Source: Epithemia pelagica (lineage: Eukaryota > Protista > Bacillariophyta). From it: a DNA stretch of 64,000 nt. The DNA is taken from NCBI GenBank assembly GCA_946965045.2, contig OX337235.1, positions 2,914,001 through 2,978,000 on the forward strand, in the 5' to 3' direction. This document shows positions 45,313 to 56,389 of this stretch, in pieces. The notes under the pieces are model-generated. The model saw only the letters and a program-made list of their open reading frames with translations. It made no database searches and was not told the origin of the DNA. A program made the translations under genes and the position numbers. The first letter of the stretch is position 1, and each line of letters begins with the position of its first letter.

Positions 45313-46068
45313 ATGTCTCACGACGATTCCAACCTCTCTATTCGACACATCTTTCATTCCTTCCAACAAAGCGGGGAGGAACTCCATCCACCCGTGGCCC
45401 ATCCGGGCGAGCCCTTGATTGAAACTCCGAAACCGACCCCGACTCAGGCCAGTGCTCCGAATCCCTTCCAGACCCCGGACCAAGTGGTCCAGCCTCCTTC
45501 GATCCCGACTCAACCTTCGACTCCGCCTCGCCGTTTGAACCCTACTCGCACCCGACGTACGAGCCGTCTTCTTACTGCTCATATCCGACACTTCCGCGAG
45601 CCGACTGAGTCGACTACCGACCCCGACGTGATCCGTTCCACAACCGAACGCGAGATCGATTTCCAGTCCGTCCAACCCGTGACTGACCTTGAGGACATCC
45701 AACGACTTCTCGACCTCTTGAACCAGTGCTCGAGACGCCGTTTCATTGTCCAAGCCCTGTTGGGCAACCCTGTGGAACCCATCCGTATTCGATTCATCTC
45801 CTTTGAACGTCCAACCAACTACTTCCACACCATCTGGATCGTCAACTCGACGACGAATCCGCTACCTACCCCGACTACTCGTCTCGACGAGTACGTCTCC
45901 TTTGTTCACGAGATCCATCTCTGCCAGGATTTCCGTGCGACTATCTACCCTCTCTTCACTCAACACGTGAACCACTTGTTGGAAGACGACGACGTTGAAG
46001 AACTAGCCACTACAGTGACCGATTCCGCATCTCGTCTTCAGTACCGAGCCGAAAGTGACCAAGAATAA
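45313..46068 (+). CDS. Extra ORF (251 aa) in the Copia leader upstream of gag, unknown function
   Basis: Open frame 45253-46068 with first ATG at 45313. Pro/Thr-rich N-half and globular-looking C-half. Confidence 0.55.
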   Translation: MSHDDSNLSIRHIFHSFQQSGEELHPPVAHPGEPLIETPKPTPTQASAPNPFQTPDQVVQPPSIPTQPSTPPRRLNPTRTRRTSRLLTAHIRHFREPTESTTDPDVIRSTTEREIDFQSVQPVTDLEDIQRLLDLLNQCSRRRFIVQALLGNPVEPIRIRFISFERPTNYFHTIWIVNSTTNPLPTPTTRLDEYVSFVHEIHLCQDFRATIYPLFTQHVNHLLEDDDVEELATTVTDSASRLQYRAESDQE

Positions 46069-46402
46069 GTAACTTTACGTAGTTTCTACACCAAACCAGA
46101 CACAAGACCGAGTTCCGTCCAAGACTTAAACTCAACGCACATCCGGGTACCCTTGGTCGCACAACACGCCACACATTCCCTTCAAATCGCGAAAATTCGG
46201 CGAAAATTTGTTGAAACTCGGCGAAAATTTGTCGGAATCAACGGAAATTTCCAGGAGTCGCACATCACAACACACATCCGGGTATCACATACGTGGTACA
46301 TACGTGGCACACGTGGTACATCCGGGTTCACATCACATCACACATTAAATAAACCACATCACACCGCACATTAAATAAACATCGAACCAACCAAATAACA
46401 TC

Positions 46403-49400
46403 ATGGAAGCGACACCTCCCAAGACACCGTTTACTCCTCCTGAGGACAAGTCAAGTCATATAACCGACCAAGATCTCTTCGACCATATAACTAAAGGCAT
46501 CTTTGGTTGTAATGATGAACGAGCCCAATCACTTCAAAAGTGGATGCGACATCATGGTTTTGAACATATCCTTCATGTCCTCGACCATGTTGCAACTGAT
46601 CCCGAGGAGACACTCAAGGATCTCATGCAATACAAGGTTGGAAAGCAAGTCAACGACCTACAGACAAGTACAAGATTACAACTCAAACTAATGGCATATT
46701 GGTTACTACAACAACGGCAACTCCAACATGGAAAACTACCCCGTGCTACATGGATGAACCTCACGAGGGACCAATATGACGATTGGAGGATCAACACCGA
46801 CTTTACCAAGTCTGGTATGAACCAAGACCCAATTTCTCCTCTGAAATCACCTGCACACTCCGTATCATCCCGATCTCCCACTACATCCTCTACAACATCT
46901 CAATCCATGTTAGATCTCTCTGCTTTCAAGAAAGGAACCAAAAGAGATGCAACAGCATTTGAATCATTCAAAGACGAACGATATTTTGATTCGTTTTGGC
47001 GTGTATTCAAATCAACTGCGAAAGCACAAGGATTGTCGAATGTTCTTGATTTCGATTACAAGGTACCCAAGGATGACGAATGCGCAGAGTTACTTTTCCG
47101 AGAACAACAAGTCTTTGTCTATTCTGTACTTGTACGTATTATCCAAACCGACCAAGGAAGAGCATATGTTCGAGAACATGAACATGATGAAGATGCAAGA
47201 GCCGTCTTGAAGAAACTCCATGTTCTACACACTGAATCTGATCTAGCTAAGCGAGAAGTGTTACGCCTAACAAGCTACATTTCGAATCTTCGACTGGATG
47301 ATTCTTGGCGTGGTACAACTCGTCAGTTTCTCCTACATTTTCAAGAACAGCTACGACTTCTGGATAACCTTGTACCACTGTCGGATCGTATCCATGACCA
47401 TACAAGGATGACCTTCCTTATGCAAGCTGTTGAAAAGGTACCTGATTTAAGACGAGTCAAGATCTTGGATAACGTTGTCAACACAAAATCTGGAGCCAAG
47501 TCTCTCTGTTATCAATCATATTTCCGCCTGCTTCTTGATGCTGCTTTTGACCATGACCAAGCTACCCGAACTTCTGCGTCTAACCGCCGTCGTCATGTAA
47601 AGCAACATGAATTTCAGTTGGATGAACCTTTTGAACCAGTCGAGTCCCCTGACTACCAGATCAACAACACGAATATCCAATCCGAAAAGTCCCCAACTTC
47701 GTCGAAAATCAGCCTTCCAAGAGATGTATGGTTTAAACTCTCTGAAGAGGATCGGCAAATTATTGTCGACTTCAATAAATCCGTCCAAGATTCCCCGACA
47801 ACTCCACGCAAGGTCCAAACACATTCTCTTGACATTGATCCTGAACCAGACCCTGATCCTGATGCCAACAACATTGGTGATACCCATCAAGATGCACCAG
47901 AACAAGATCCATTCGATACATCCTCTGATCCGGTTACCCAGTTCGTACACCAGGCTATTGCATCGACAGATATCAATCATCCAGCATCTGACCTCAGCAA
48001 CATCTTGTCAACTTCTACGACAAAATCAAGTCCTAAAGTCAAGTTCAAGTCTTCTGCTGATCACAAGCAAAAGGTTCATATGTCACGATATCTATTCTCC
48101 CGCAAATCCACCTTTTCTGGTAATCAACTCATCGATCGAGGTGCCAATGGAGGCCTTGCAGGATCTGACATGCGTATCCTTGCCAAAACCGGACGTCATA
48201 TTACCATCGTAGGTATTGACAATCATGAATTGACTGGCCTTCCAGTTGTTACCTGTGCTGCCAAGTTTGATACAAGTGATGGACCCATTATTGGTATCTT
48301 CAATGAGTATGCCCACTATGGAAAGGGTTTATCTATCCATGCCCCAGCGCAATTTGAACATTTCGGCCTATCTGTCGACGAACGATCCGTCAAGGTTGAT
48401 GGCAAACAACGCATTACTACCCTTGATGGACGCGCATTGCCCTTACGAATCAAGGATGGCCTTGCATACATTCAATCTCTGGGAATCCCTTCTGATGACG
48501 ATATGGATAAATATCCGCATATTGTGTTCACTTCACCCCATATCTGGGATCCTTCTGTACTTGACCATACCCATCCAGACCCCCATCACGACCCTGCACC
48601 GAACTGGACATCTGTGGAGACTGATGGTAGTATGGAAACGTACCCCTATGACCAATATGGGGAGTATACCGATCGCGTTGTATGCACTTTGAATCTCCTC
48701 CTTGATCTCCCATATGATCATGGCCCCGATACACCTTCCTTCTTTTCCATCTATGCTGATCAAGATGGCAACGACCCCACACTTCATGCGTCTGTCCACA
48801 AACTCTACAAGGAACAATACGACTGGAAGAAATTTCGCCCTTTCTTTGGGTGGCAATCGGAAGACGTAATCGCCGATACGTTCAAGCATACAACTCGTCA
48901 TGGACACATTTCCTTTGACCAGGACACTTTGAAGAAACACTTTAAGGCCCGGAATCCTATCCTTAACCTACCACGACGGCATGAACCCGTTGCCACTGAC
49001 TCCATCTTCTCCGACACCCCGGCTGTTAACCATGGTGGCAAGATTGCTCAGATTTTTGTTGGTCGTGATACTTTGGTTACTGACATTTATGGTATCAAGT
49101 CTACCAAGCAATTCGTCAATACCCTCCAGGATAACATTCGTACACGTGGTGTCATGGAGACTTTGATCAGTGATGGTGGTTCGTCACTTATTTCCCACAA
49201 GGTCAAGGATATTCTTCGCACCCTTCTGATTGGTGAATACCGTTCCGAGCCCTATCATCAACACCAGAACAAAGCTGAGAACCGCTACCAGACCGTTAAG
49301 CGTATGACCAATGCTATCATGAATGCCTCCGGTTGCCCTGCTTCTGCATGGTTACTTTGTTTAGAATATGTGTGTGACCTCCTCAATCACACTTCCTCTC

Positions 49401-52084
49401 CCACCCACTCTGGCCGCACCCCTCTTGAGGCTCTTACCGGTACCCCACCCGACATTACCCATCTCCTTTTCTTTCCTTTCTGGGATGAGGTCTACTATCG
49501 TGTCGACCCTTCTGAACCTACCTCCGGTTCTTACCCTTCGTCTCCCGACGAGAAGATTGGCCACTGGGTTGGTTTTGCCCACAATGTTGGTGATGCCTTT
49601 ACTTGGAAGATCCTCACTGCCGACAACATCATCATCTACCGTTCCGCTGTCCGTCGCGTTGCCTCCACTACCCCCAACCTTCGTGTGGATATCTCTTCAG
49701 GGGAGGAGTCGCCGCATAAACCCACTGACAAGCAAGGTGACACTGTATTTATTCGCAGCAGAAGTGAAGACCCATCCACACCTATGCCAACAATTGACTA
49801 CGACGATTTAGTTGGACGCACATTCCTTTGTGACACTGAAGAGAATGGGGAGCGCCACCGAGCACGAGTAATCAAACGAGTTGTCGACCTGGAACAAGAT
49901 GCAACCAAACAAGAAGATCGACTCAAATATATCTTTCGCAAGTCTAACTCCAATGTTGATGAGATGATCTCCTACAACCAGCTCATGGAATACATTGAAA
50001 GGGATAATCAAGCCCAAACGACAGGGGATAGTCTCTTCCGATTCAGAGACGTTATTGCACACCAAGGACCTTTGAACTCAAGCGACCCAGACTATAAAGG
50101 GAGTAAATATAATGTCCTTGTTGATTGGGAGACTGGGGAGACGACATACGAACCTCTATCTCTTATTGCAAATGATGACCCCATCACAGTCGCCATCTAT
50201 GCCAAGAAAAATGGTTTGCTGGACCTACCTGGGTGGAAACATCTCAAGCGATACGTCAAGACAAGCAAAAGACTCATTCGAGCAGCTAAACAATCCAGGA
50301 TCAAACAAGTTCGTCGCTCTATCAAGTACAAGTTTGGTTTCCAAGTACCTCGCACCTATGAAGAAGCAGTGGAACTAGACAAGCAATTTGGGAACACGAA
50401 ATGGCAAGACGCAACAGAATTGGAACTCTCACAGATCCAATCGTATAACACTTTCAAGGACCATGGAAAAGCCAAGTTCATTAATGGGAAATTGGCCAAT
50501 GCACCAGAAGGATATCATAAGATAAGAGTACATCTGGTCTTTGATGTCAAGCATGACGGAAGGCACAAGGCACGACTTGTCGCAGATGGACACCTCACCA
50601 AGGAACCCGTTGAGACCATCTATTCAGGGGTTGTCTCCATTCGCAACCTTCGCATTGCCATATTTCTTGGAACCATGAACGACATGGAAATATGGGGAGC
50701 AGATATTGGGAACGCATACCTAGAAGCATTGACAGGAGAGAAGATTTTCATCATTGCAGGACCAGAGTTCAAGGAGTTAGAAGGACATATCTTGATCATC
50801 TACAAGGCATTATATGGTCTCAAATCCTCAGGTGCTCGCTGGCATGACAAACTGTTTGATGTTCTCATTGATATGGGATTTTCTCCAAGCAAGGCTGACC
50901 CTGATATTTGGATGAAGAAGGCTCCTGGAGAAGACTGTTATGAATACATCGCTGTATATGTTGATGACTTAGCTATCGTTGCCATGGACCCTGAAGCTGT
51001 CTGCAAGATCTTTACAGACAAATACAACTTCAAACTCAAAGGAGTCGGACCTATCGAGTATCATTTGGGGTGTCGTTATACCACAGATCCAGACGGTACA
51101 CTTGTGTCTGACCCACGAAGGTACATCGAGAAGATGATGGATACCTATGAGCGATTGTTCAATGAGAAACCCAAGAAAGCAAAGCCGCCAGTCATTGCTA
51201 ACGATCATCCTGAACTCGATGACTCTGAGCTCTTAGATGAAGAAGGGACCCAGCATTTCCAGACTCTTATTGGGCAACTGCAATGGCTAATTACCATTGG
51301 CCGTTTTGATGTCTTCCCGGCTACCATGACTCTATCAAGGTTCAGAGCTGCTCCAAGGATTGGTCATTTGAAGCGAGCTAAGCGCATCTATGGATACCTC
51401 ATGTCATTTCCTGATGGGTCTATCAGATTCCGCACTGGGGAGCCAGATTTATCAGCTTTACCTATCCAAGAATACGATTGGAGTCGTACCGTATACATGG
51501 ACGCCAAGGAACGTATCCCTGAGGACTGTCCAACCCCACTTGGGCGCTTTGTGACAACTATACATTATGTCGACGCAAATCTCATGCATGATATGGTTAC
51601 TGGGAAAGCAGTTACAGCCATCTTGCATTTTGTAAACGGTACACCCGTGGACTGGTACAGTAAGCGACAAGCCACAGTGGAGACAGCCACGTATGGATCT
51701 GAATTTGTTGCCGCAAGGACTGCAGTTGATCAGATCACGGAGCTACGCCTTACACTCCGATACTTGGGAGTCCCTCTACGAGAGAAGAGTTACATGTTTG
51801 GAGATAACCGCTCTGTCGTTATCAATAGCACCGCACCACACTCAATCATCTCCAAGAGGCACCATCTCCTATCCTACCACCGAGTCCGTGAAGCTATCGC
51901 TGCAAAGTACGTCGCATTCTACTGGAAAGATGGAAAGACAAACCCAGCTGATATCCTCAGTAAACATTGGGAATTCGCCGCAGTTTGGCCCATGCTCAGA
52001 TCTTTGTTATTCTGGAGAGGAAAAATCCAGGAAAGTGATGAGGGAATTGACAATCCTCATTCGACGAATTGTGGGGAGTGTTAG
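46403..52084 (+). CDS. Copia Gag-Pol polyprotein (Gag-PR-IN-RT-RH)
   Basis: Protease LIDRGANGG; integrase ATDSIFSD/LISDGGS/QNKAENRY; RT ADIGNAYL, LYGLKSSG, YVDDLA; RNase H YVDANL, GSEFVAAR, FGDNRSV, ADILSK. The stop TAG lies inside the 3' LTR. Confidence 0.97.
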   Translation: MEATPPKTPFTPPEDKSSHITDQDLFDHITKGIFGCNDERAQSLQKWMRHHGFEHILHVLDHVATDPEETLKDLMQYKVGKQVNDLQTSTRLQLKLMAYWLLQQRQLQHGKLPRATWMNLTRDQYDDWRINTDFTKSGMNQDPISPLKSPAHSVSSRSPTTSSTTSQSMLDLSAFKKGTKRDATAFESFKDERYFDSFWRVFKSTAKAQGLSNVLDFDYKVPKDDECAELLFREQQVFVYSVLVRIIQTDQGRAYVREHEHDEDARAVLKKLHVLHTESDLAKREVLRLTSYISNLRLDDSWRGTTRQFLLHFQEQLRLLDNLVPLSDRIHDHTRMTFLMQAVEKVPDLRRVKILDNVVNTKSGAKSLCYQSYFRLLLDAAFDHDQATRTSASNRRRHVKQHEFQLDEPFEPVESPDYQINNTNIQSEKSPTSSKISLPRDVWFKLSEEDRQIIVDFNKSVQDSPTTPRKVQTHSLDIDPEPDPDPDANNIGDTHQDAPEQDPFDTSSDPVTQFVHQAIASTDINHPASDLSNILSTSTTKSSPKVKFKSSADHKQKVHMSRYLFSRKSTFSGNQLIDRGANGGLAGSDMRILAKTGRHITIVGIDNHELTGLPVVTCAAKFDTSDGPIIGIFNEYAHYGKGLSIHAPAQFEHFGLSVDERSVKVDGKQRITTLDGRALPLRIKDGLAYIQSLGIPSDDDMDKYPHIVFTSPHIWDPSVLDHTHPDPHHDPAPNWTSVETDGSMETYPYDQYGEYTDRVVCTLNLLLDLPYDHGPDTPSFFSIYADQDGNDPTLHASVHKLYKEQYDWKKFRPFFGWQSEDVIADTFKHTTRHGHISFDQDTLKKHFKARNPILNLPRRHEPVATDSIFSDTPAVNHGGKIAQIFVGRDTLVTDIYGIKSTKQFVNTLQDNIRTRGVMETLISDGGSSLISHKVKDILRTLLIGEYRSEPYHQHQNKAENRYQTVKRMTNAIMNASGCPASAWLLCLEYVCDLLNHTSSPTHSGRTPLEALTGTPPDITHLLFFPFWDEVYYRVDPSEPTSGSYPSSPDEKIGHWVGFAHNVGDAFTWKILTADNIIIYRSAVRRVASTTPNLRVDISSGEESPHKPTDKQGDTVFIRSRSEDPSTPMPTIDYDDLVGRTFLCDTEENGERHRARVIKRVVDLEQDATKQEDRLKYIFRKSNSNVDEMISYNQLMEYIERDNQAQTTGDSLFRFRDVIAHQGPLNSSDPDYKGSKYNVLVDWETGETTYEPLSLIANDDPITVAIYAKKNGLLDLPGWKHLKRYVKTSKRLIRAAKQSRIKQVRRSIKYKFGFQVPRTYEEAVELDKQFGNTKWQDATELELSQIQSYNTFKDHGKAKFINGKLANAPEGYHKIRVHLVFDVKHDGRHKARLVADGHLTKEPVETIYSGVVSIRNLRIAIFLGTMNDMEIWGADIGNAYLEALTGEKIFIIAGPEFKELEGHILIIYKALYGLKSSGARWHDKLFDVLIDMGFSPSKADPDIWMKKAPGEDCYEYIAVYVDDLAIVAMDPEAVCKIFTDKYNFKLKGVGPIEYHLGCRYTTDPDGTLVSDPRRYIEKMMDTYERLFNEKPKKAKPPVIANDHPELDDSELLDEEGTQHFQTLIGQLQWLITIGRFDVFPATMTLSRFRAAPRIGHLKRAKRIYGYLMSFPDGSIRFRTGEPDLSALPIQEYDWSRTVYMDAKERIPEDCPTPLGRFVTTIHYVDANLMHDMVTGKAVTAILHFVNGTPVDWYSKRQATVETATYGSEFVAARTAVDQITELRLTLRYLGVPLREKSYMFGDNRSVVINSTAPHSIISKRHHLLSYHRVREAIAAKYVAFYWKDGKTNPADILSKHWEFAAVWPMLRSLLFWRGKIQESDEGIDNPHSTNCGEC
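52071..52078 (+). promoter_or_regulatory. Short polypurine tract
   Basis: GTGGGGAG immediately before the 3' LTR TG. Confidence 0.6.
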
Positions 52085-52836
52085 GATTCTCACCGAAAAC
52101 TAGGTGGCGAAACCTACAACTCATCGAATGATGCTAGTATTTTATGGCATCCGATGACATTTTCCTAAAAGTGAGAAAAGAATGTCGGCATGCTCGCGAA
52201 ACTATAAATTTGGCCACGGCATGCTCGCAGTGCACGCGTTATCGGCGACCGCTCGGATATTAACTATGGCCCAACACGTGCGCGCCCAAAACTATCAAGT
52301 GCGCGCCTCTACTAGCCGAGTACGCGCATCCACGATTCGACCTAACGGTCTATGTAATCAAAGCACGAATCACGATCACGCGAGACCATATCTCTGTTCC
52401 CACAAATCCAAGAATGCAAACAGCAACGCGCCCAGGACAAGACCTATACCACGACAAAGCAAGAGCTGTTGCATCCCATACATGTTATCCATCACCCTAT
52501 ACATTCAATATACACCAATGCCGGTCTACTCCAACCAGTGAGGACCTATCACACCAGATCCATGGCCGTATGCAAGAGCCAGGACTTCGGCACCATCAAC
52601 CACCTTAGTTAGTAATCGTCTCACAATCATTAATATCACCATTTTAACACTCATCTTAAGACTTACCTCTTATCAGTGGACCGACTGCCCCCACCCACGG
52701 CGGACTTCGACTTGCAACTCTTCTCTGACCCGTGGAGGATTGTTGTATCGGTTGGTGATTCGATTGTCGGCTCAGCGAGCCTTTTACCTATCCTAACTAT
52801 CTGTCTAACCCCTGTTGAATCGAGAGAAGTTTATCA
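52079..52836 (+). repeat. 3' LTR
   Basis: 758-bp copy of 44517-45274. Confidence 0.97.
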
Positions 52837-53299
52837 TATATAGAGCAGATCAAAAATCTGCCACTGCATCTCGCTTATCCATCATTCGCTTGTACTCCAT
52901 CTTCCAGGCTTCGACTTGGATGTTGGTTGCAGTAGGTCCTGGCTCCGTTGGTGCAACTGGGTCTTGTAGGTTGAGGTTCTCCACAGCAACTTGAAAATCT
53001 TGGTTGTATTTCGAGAACTTGGTTCCGATGTAACCGATTAATAGTTCTATGTTTTTTAAGTATCTCTTCGCTTGGGAGTCTTCAGCGTAATCGAAAATGC
53101 ACCCTTTGAGCAAGGGCTCTTGTCCTTCAAATTTACTAGTTGTACCTCCTCGGTTGCGTCCGCCACGACCACAGCCTTGGTTTCCTCTACCTCGTCCTTG
53201 TTGTCCTCGTCCTCGACCACCTGAGTCCACTTGGTCAGGTCTTGCTTCTGACATGCTTATGTTGTTACGAAGAGATACGGTCCTGCGACTCGGAAGCAA
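52837..53299 (-). mobile_element. Decayed host Copia, 5' segment (gag N-terminus)
   Basis: ATG at 53254, RGG-rich N-terminus and FEGQEPLLKGCIFD. The frame joins the 44516 side after removing the insert and one TSD (DF*SALYSIILGQSTELLKDKL). Confidence 0.88.
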
Positions 53300-53437
53300 A
53301 CCGTCACGCCTTAGCGTGAAAGGGAATGATAGCTCCTTGTTCTATTCTGGCCTTTTGCAATCGGAAAGATGAGGACATGGATACCATCGTCAATCGTGCA
53401 TTTGGGATGAGAAGACAGCATCGTAGATTGTATTGGC

Positions 53438-54850
53438 TTGTCTGTGTATATGCGAACAACGACCATGGCAACGACAGATATTGAAAGTACCAGCTCCGCA
53501 TCCACGTCCGGAGCGACTAGAGTTGTGGAAACCACGAAGTTGGAGCCGATCAGCTTCTTCCACGCTGTGATATCGCAAGACAACTTTCAAGGTCGTCTCC
53601 ACAAAGAATCATGGTATGGGCATCACTTTCCCATTTGTCGACTGTTCTTTTTCCTATGTCTCTTTATCACAGTGGGGGCATTCTCCTTTGTGATGACATC
53701 AAGTCCACGGCGTGAAGTCTTCCAGGCAATGTCTGTTTTGAATATAGAATGTCTAGAAAGTATTGGTATGGTGGTGAAATCCCTTCCAGGATGCATTGTT
53801 GACGAAGATGGAACCTCAGCAAGGTTGGACTTAGAGGCTTACGAGGGGGCATTCGATATTCCTTTCCCCAAAAGTTGTATAATGACAGCTAATCTGGTCA
53901 GTGTCGTTATTGGTGCTTCGAAGGGAACAGGTCAGAACTTTGGAAATGAGTCAACATAAGCTGATTCGATGATCCTTCTCCGCTTGGAATCTTCGTCAAA
54001 CCAAGATGAAAATGTTACAGCTGCTTTTGTGACGCTAGATGAACAGTGTCGATTCAATGTGGCTGGTCATGAAAAACATCCTTTGATTATCAAGGAAGAT
54101 CTCAAAGCCAACGCGGGACATACAACCCAACCTAAGGTTAAGGACCTCTTGTGTGACACGGCAATTCCGTTCTTAATCTTGCTCCAGAGTTTTCTTTTTG
54201 AATCATATCCCGTGATGCTTTTGCTGATTTACATGGCTTCACTTTGTATCCTTACAGTTGGATGGGGTTTGGGGTTGATTTGGGAAGGCGCTCGACTTTT
54301 GCCAACCACTTTTCTTCTTCGAAGTTTTTTGAAATGGCCCCAAAACTTTGTGGGCAATCGAAAAGTTACTTTTTGGTCTGTCTGGTCCAACCTTTTGGTT
54401 CTTTCAAAAGTGAATGCCCATTTCTGCAGTTTTAATGAAGGCGCTTTTTGGTCTAGCGATGCCCTCTGCGTCGGTATGATGGCCGTATCGACCTTTGTTT
54501 ATGAGGATAAGGATGCAGCAAGAGGCTGGATACAGCTTGCCATTGTTTGGCACGGATTTCCCTTTCTTGTCCCCTTCCTTGACACTATGCAACTGTGGAT
54601 TCGTCAGTTTGATATGTTTGATCTTATTGGATGGGGTGCTGCGATGGTAAACAATATCGTTCCTGGTTCGGGGTGGGAGAAGTATGTCTTTCTATGGGTT
54701 TTCTGGCAAACATATCCCTGTCGAAACCAGAAGGGTCGCGTTCTGGGTTGGCTTGGCCTCACTGCAAAAGAAAAGGATAACGACTTTGCATGTGATGACA
54801 AAGGTTTTGATAACGACGGATATGGCCTGGACGAAAGGAAGTCTTCGTAG
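53438..54850 (+). pseudogene. Membrane-protein ORF of about 470 codons split by one in-frame TAA (53957-53959)
   Basis: ORFs 53438-53959 and 53969-54850 are in the same frame, and both contain hydrophobic helices. Confidence 0.4.
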
Positions 54851-56389
54851 ATCGACCATGTGGGTAATCCCGACTGTAGAGTTAGTCGTCTTGTGTTATC
54901 GAATTACGAATACCTACCTAGGTAGGGTTCGTCGGAGGGTAGACGGAAGGATGAAATTCGTGGCTCACTCCGCTCGGGAACCAATCAATCCTGTCACCCA
55001 TGCGTAACTCCCTATCTCTGACGCCATGAAATCGAACGTCCACATGGATCCAATCCATGCTACAGGATTTTGGCCAAGGGTACTGCTTTAAGATGCCCCA
55101 TCAGGCGCCTGACTCACGCGACAGAAGGCTCGGAAGTAGTACAAGTAGTGGAGGAAAACGGTTTGACCTAAAATCCTAAACTCCTTCCCCCCCAAATAGG
55201 ATTTTAGGACAAACCGTGTTGACCCCCAATTTAACCTAAACTTATTCGTAGTCTGACCTTCGTAGGAGCTAGCACCTCTATGTAGGTTCCGAATGAAGTC
55301 AAGATTCCCACGAGAATTTGTCAATGCGATCCCATTTTTCCCGAACAATGCCAACGGAAGATCAAACCAAGCGAAGAAGATCAAGGATATGATCGCGGCA
55401 CAGGAATTGTCCACTGCGGCTGTATTGTAGTCCCAGCTGCAGAGACTTCCAGTGCTGCAATGCAGTGCATTGAAACAATGGGAGACAAGCTTGATGTCGT
55501 TCTCCAAGCCATCCAGTTCTATAGAAAACATGCTAGAGTAGAACTAATGAAGATTCGGTCTGTTGCTAGTCATGTACTTCTTCCTTATCATCATTTTCCT
55601 CTACTTCTTGTTCTTCATCAAATTGTTCATCATCAGAGCGGCTTGTTGCATTAGGTTTTCGCTCGACATGTCAGCTGAGCTACACCGCCAACCAAGCCGC
55701 AGTAGACCACGGATCCAAAACTTGTCGTTAACCCTGACATCACAAGAGCAGCCAGAAAGCATAGCCACGAGCATACGGATGAATTTGTCATGGCGATAGT
55801 TTGCCAAGGCACCCAAGAAACAAGACCATGGTTTGGACCACGAGGATCGCCGACAAAACTCGAACAAAAGAAGCTCGGCGCAAGGATTGACTGAGCCATG
55901 TTGGCAAAGCTTGAAAGTACGCCGTAACCGCATTGTGGAAGTCTGTGACACCACCGGCAGTCGACAGTGACGGGGCACTGAGCTTCATGGGTAGTCAAAC
56001 GGAAGGTTGGCTTGGTTGGTTGTTGGTTCGAAGGATGCTCTCCCTCTATGGTTGTTGTTGTTCCGACGAAAATTCAGTCCTTTGCGCAGCCAAGGCGACA
56101 TCAGTATGGAATATACCAAACCAGTGCCACCAGTCCTGGAGAACGAAATTTCGTTTGTTCGGATCAATGAACTTTTCTTCTGTTAAAGTGGCAAGGATTC
56201 TGTGAACAACAAGCAATGTAACGTGGGATGACCCGCCCGGCGCCATCGACTGGCCAATATCAGCCGTTGAACGGTTGAGTCGTTCGGGTCGTCCTGGTTG
56301 GCGAGCACAGTCTCCTTTCGTCCGAAGCGTACCAAGCACACAGTTCCCCCGTGAGTGCCTTTTCCGTCTCCTCCGCTCTCGTCGTTACC

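Larger units (their letters stand above)
44517..52836 (+). mobile_element. Intact, very young Ty1/Copia LTR retrotransposon (CoDi-type, 8320 bp) nested in the host Copia gag
   Basis: TG...CA termini, 758-bp LTRs, TATAT target-site duplication (44512-44516 and 52837-52841), and an uninterrupted 1893-aa polyprotein. Confidence 0.98.

Noticed and set aside
53300-54000. 5' LTR of the host Copia
   Set aside because: No sequence matching the candidate 3' LTR (40055 downward) was found by eye. A TATCA-like end near 53327 and a small hairpin at 53304-53319 are not enough.
55088-56000. Short ORFs upstream of the Gypsy element
   Set aside because: Fragmented, with no transposase or other motif recognised.
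56299-56312. TGGCGAGCAC as the Gypsy PBS (tRNA-Arg-like)
   Set aside because: Only a short match, not preceded by CA, and the 3' LTR and host tRNA set are unavailable to confirm it.
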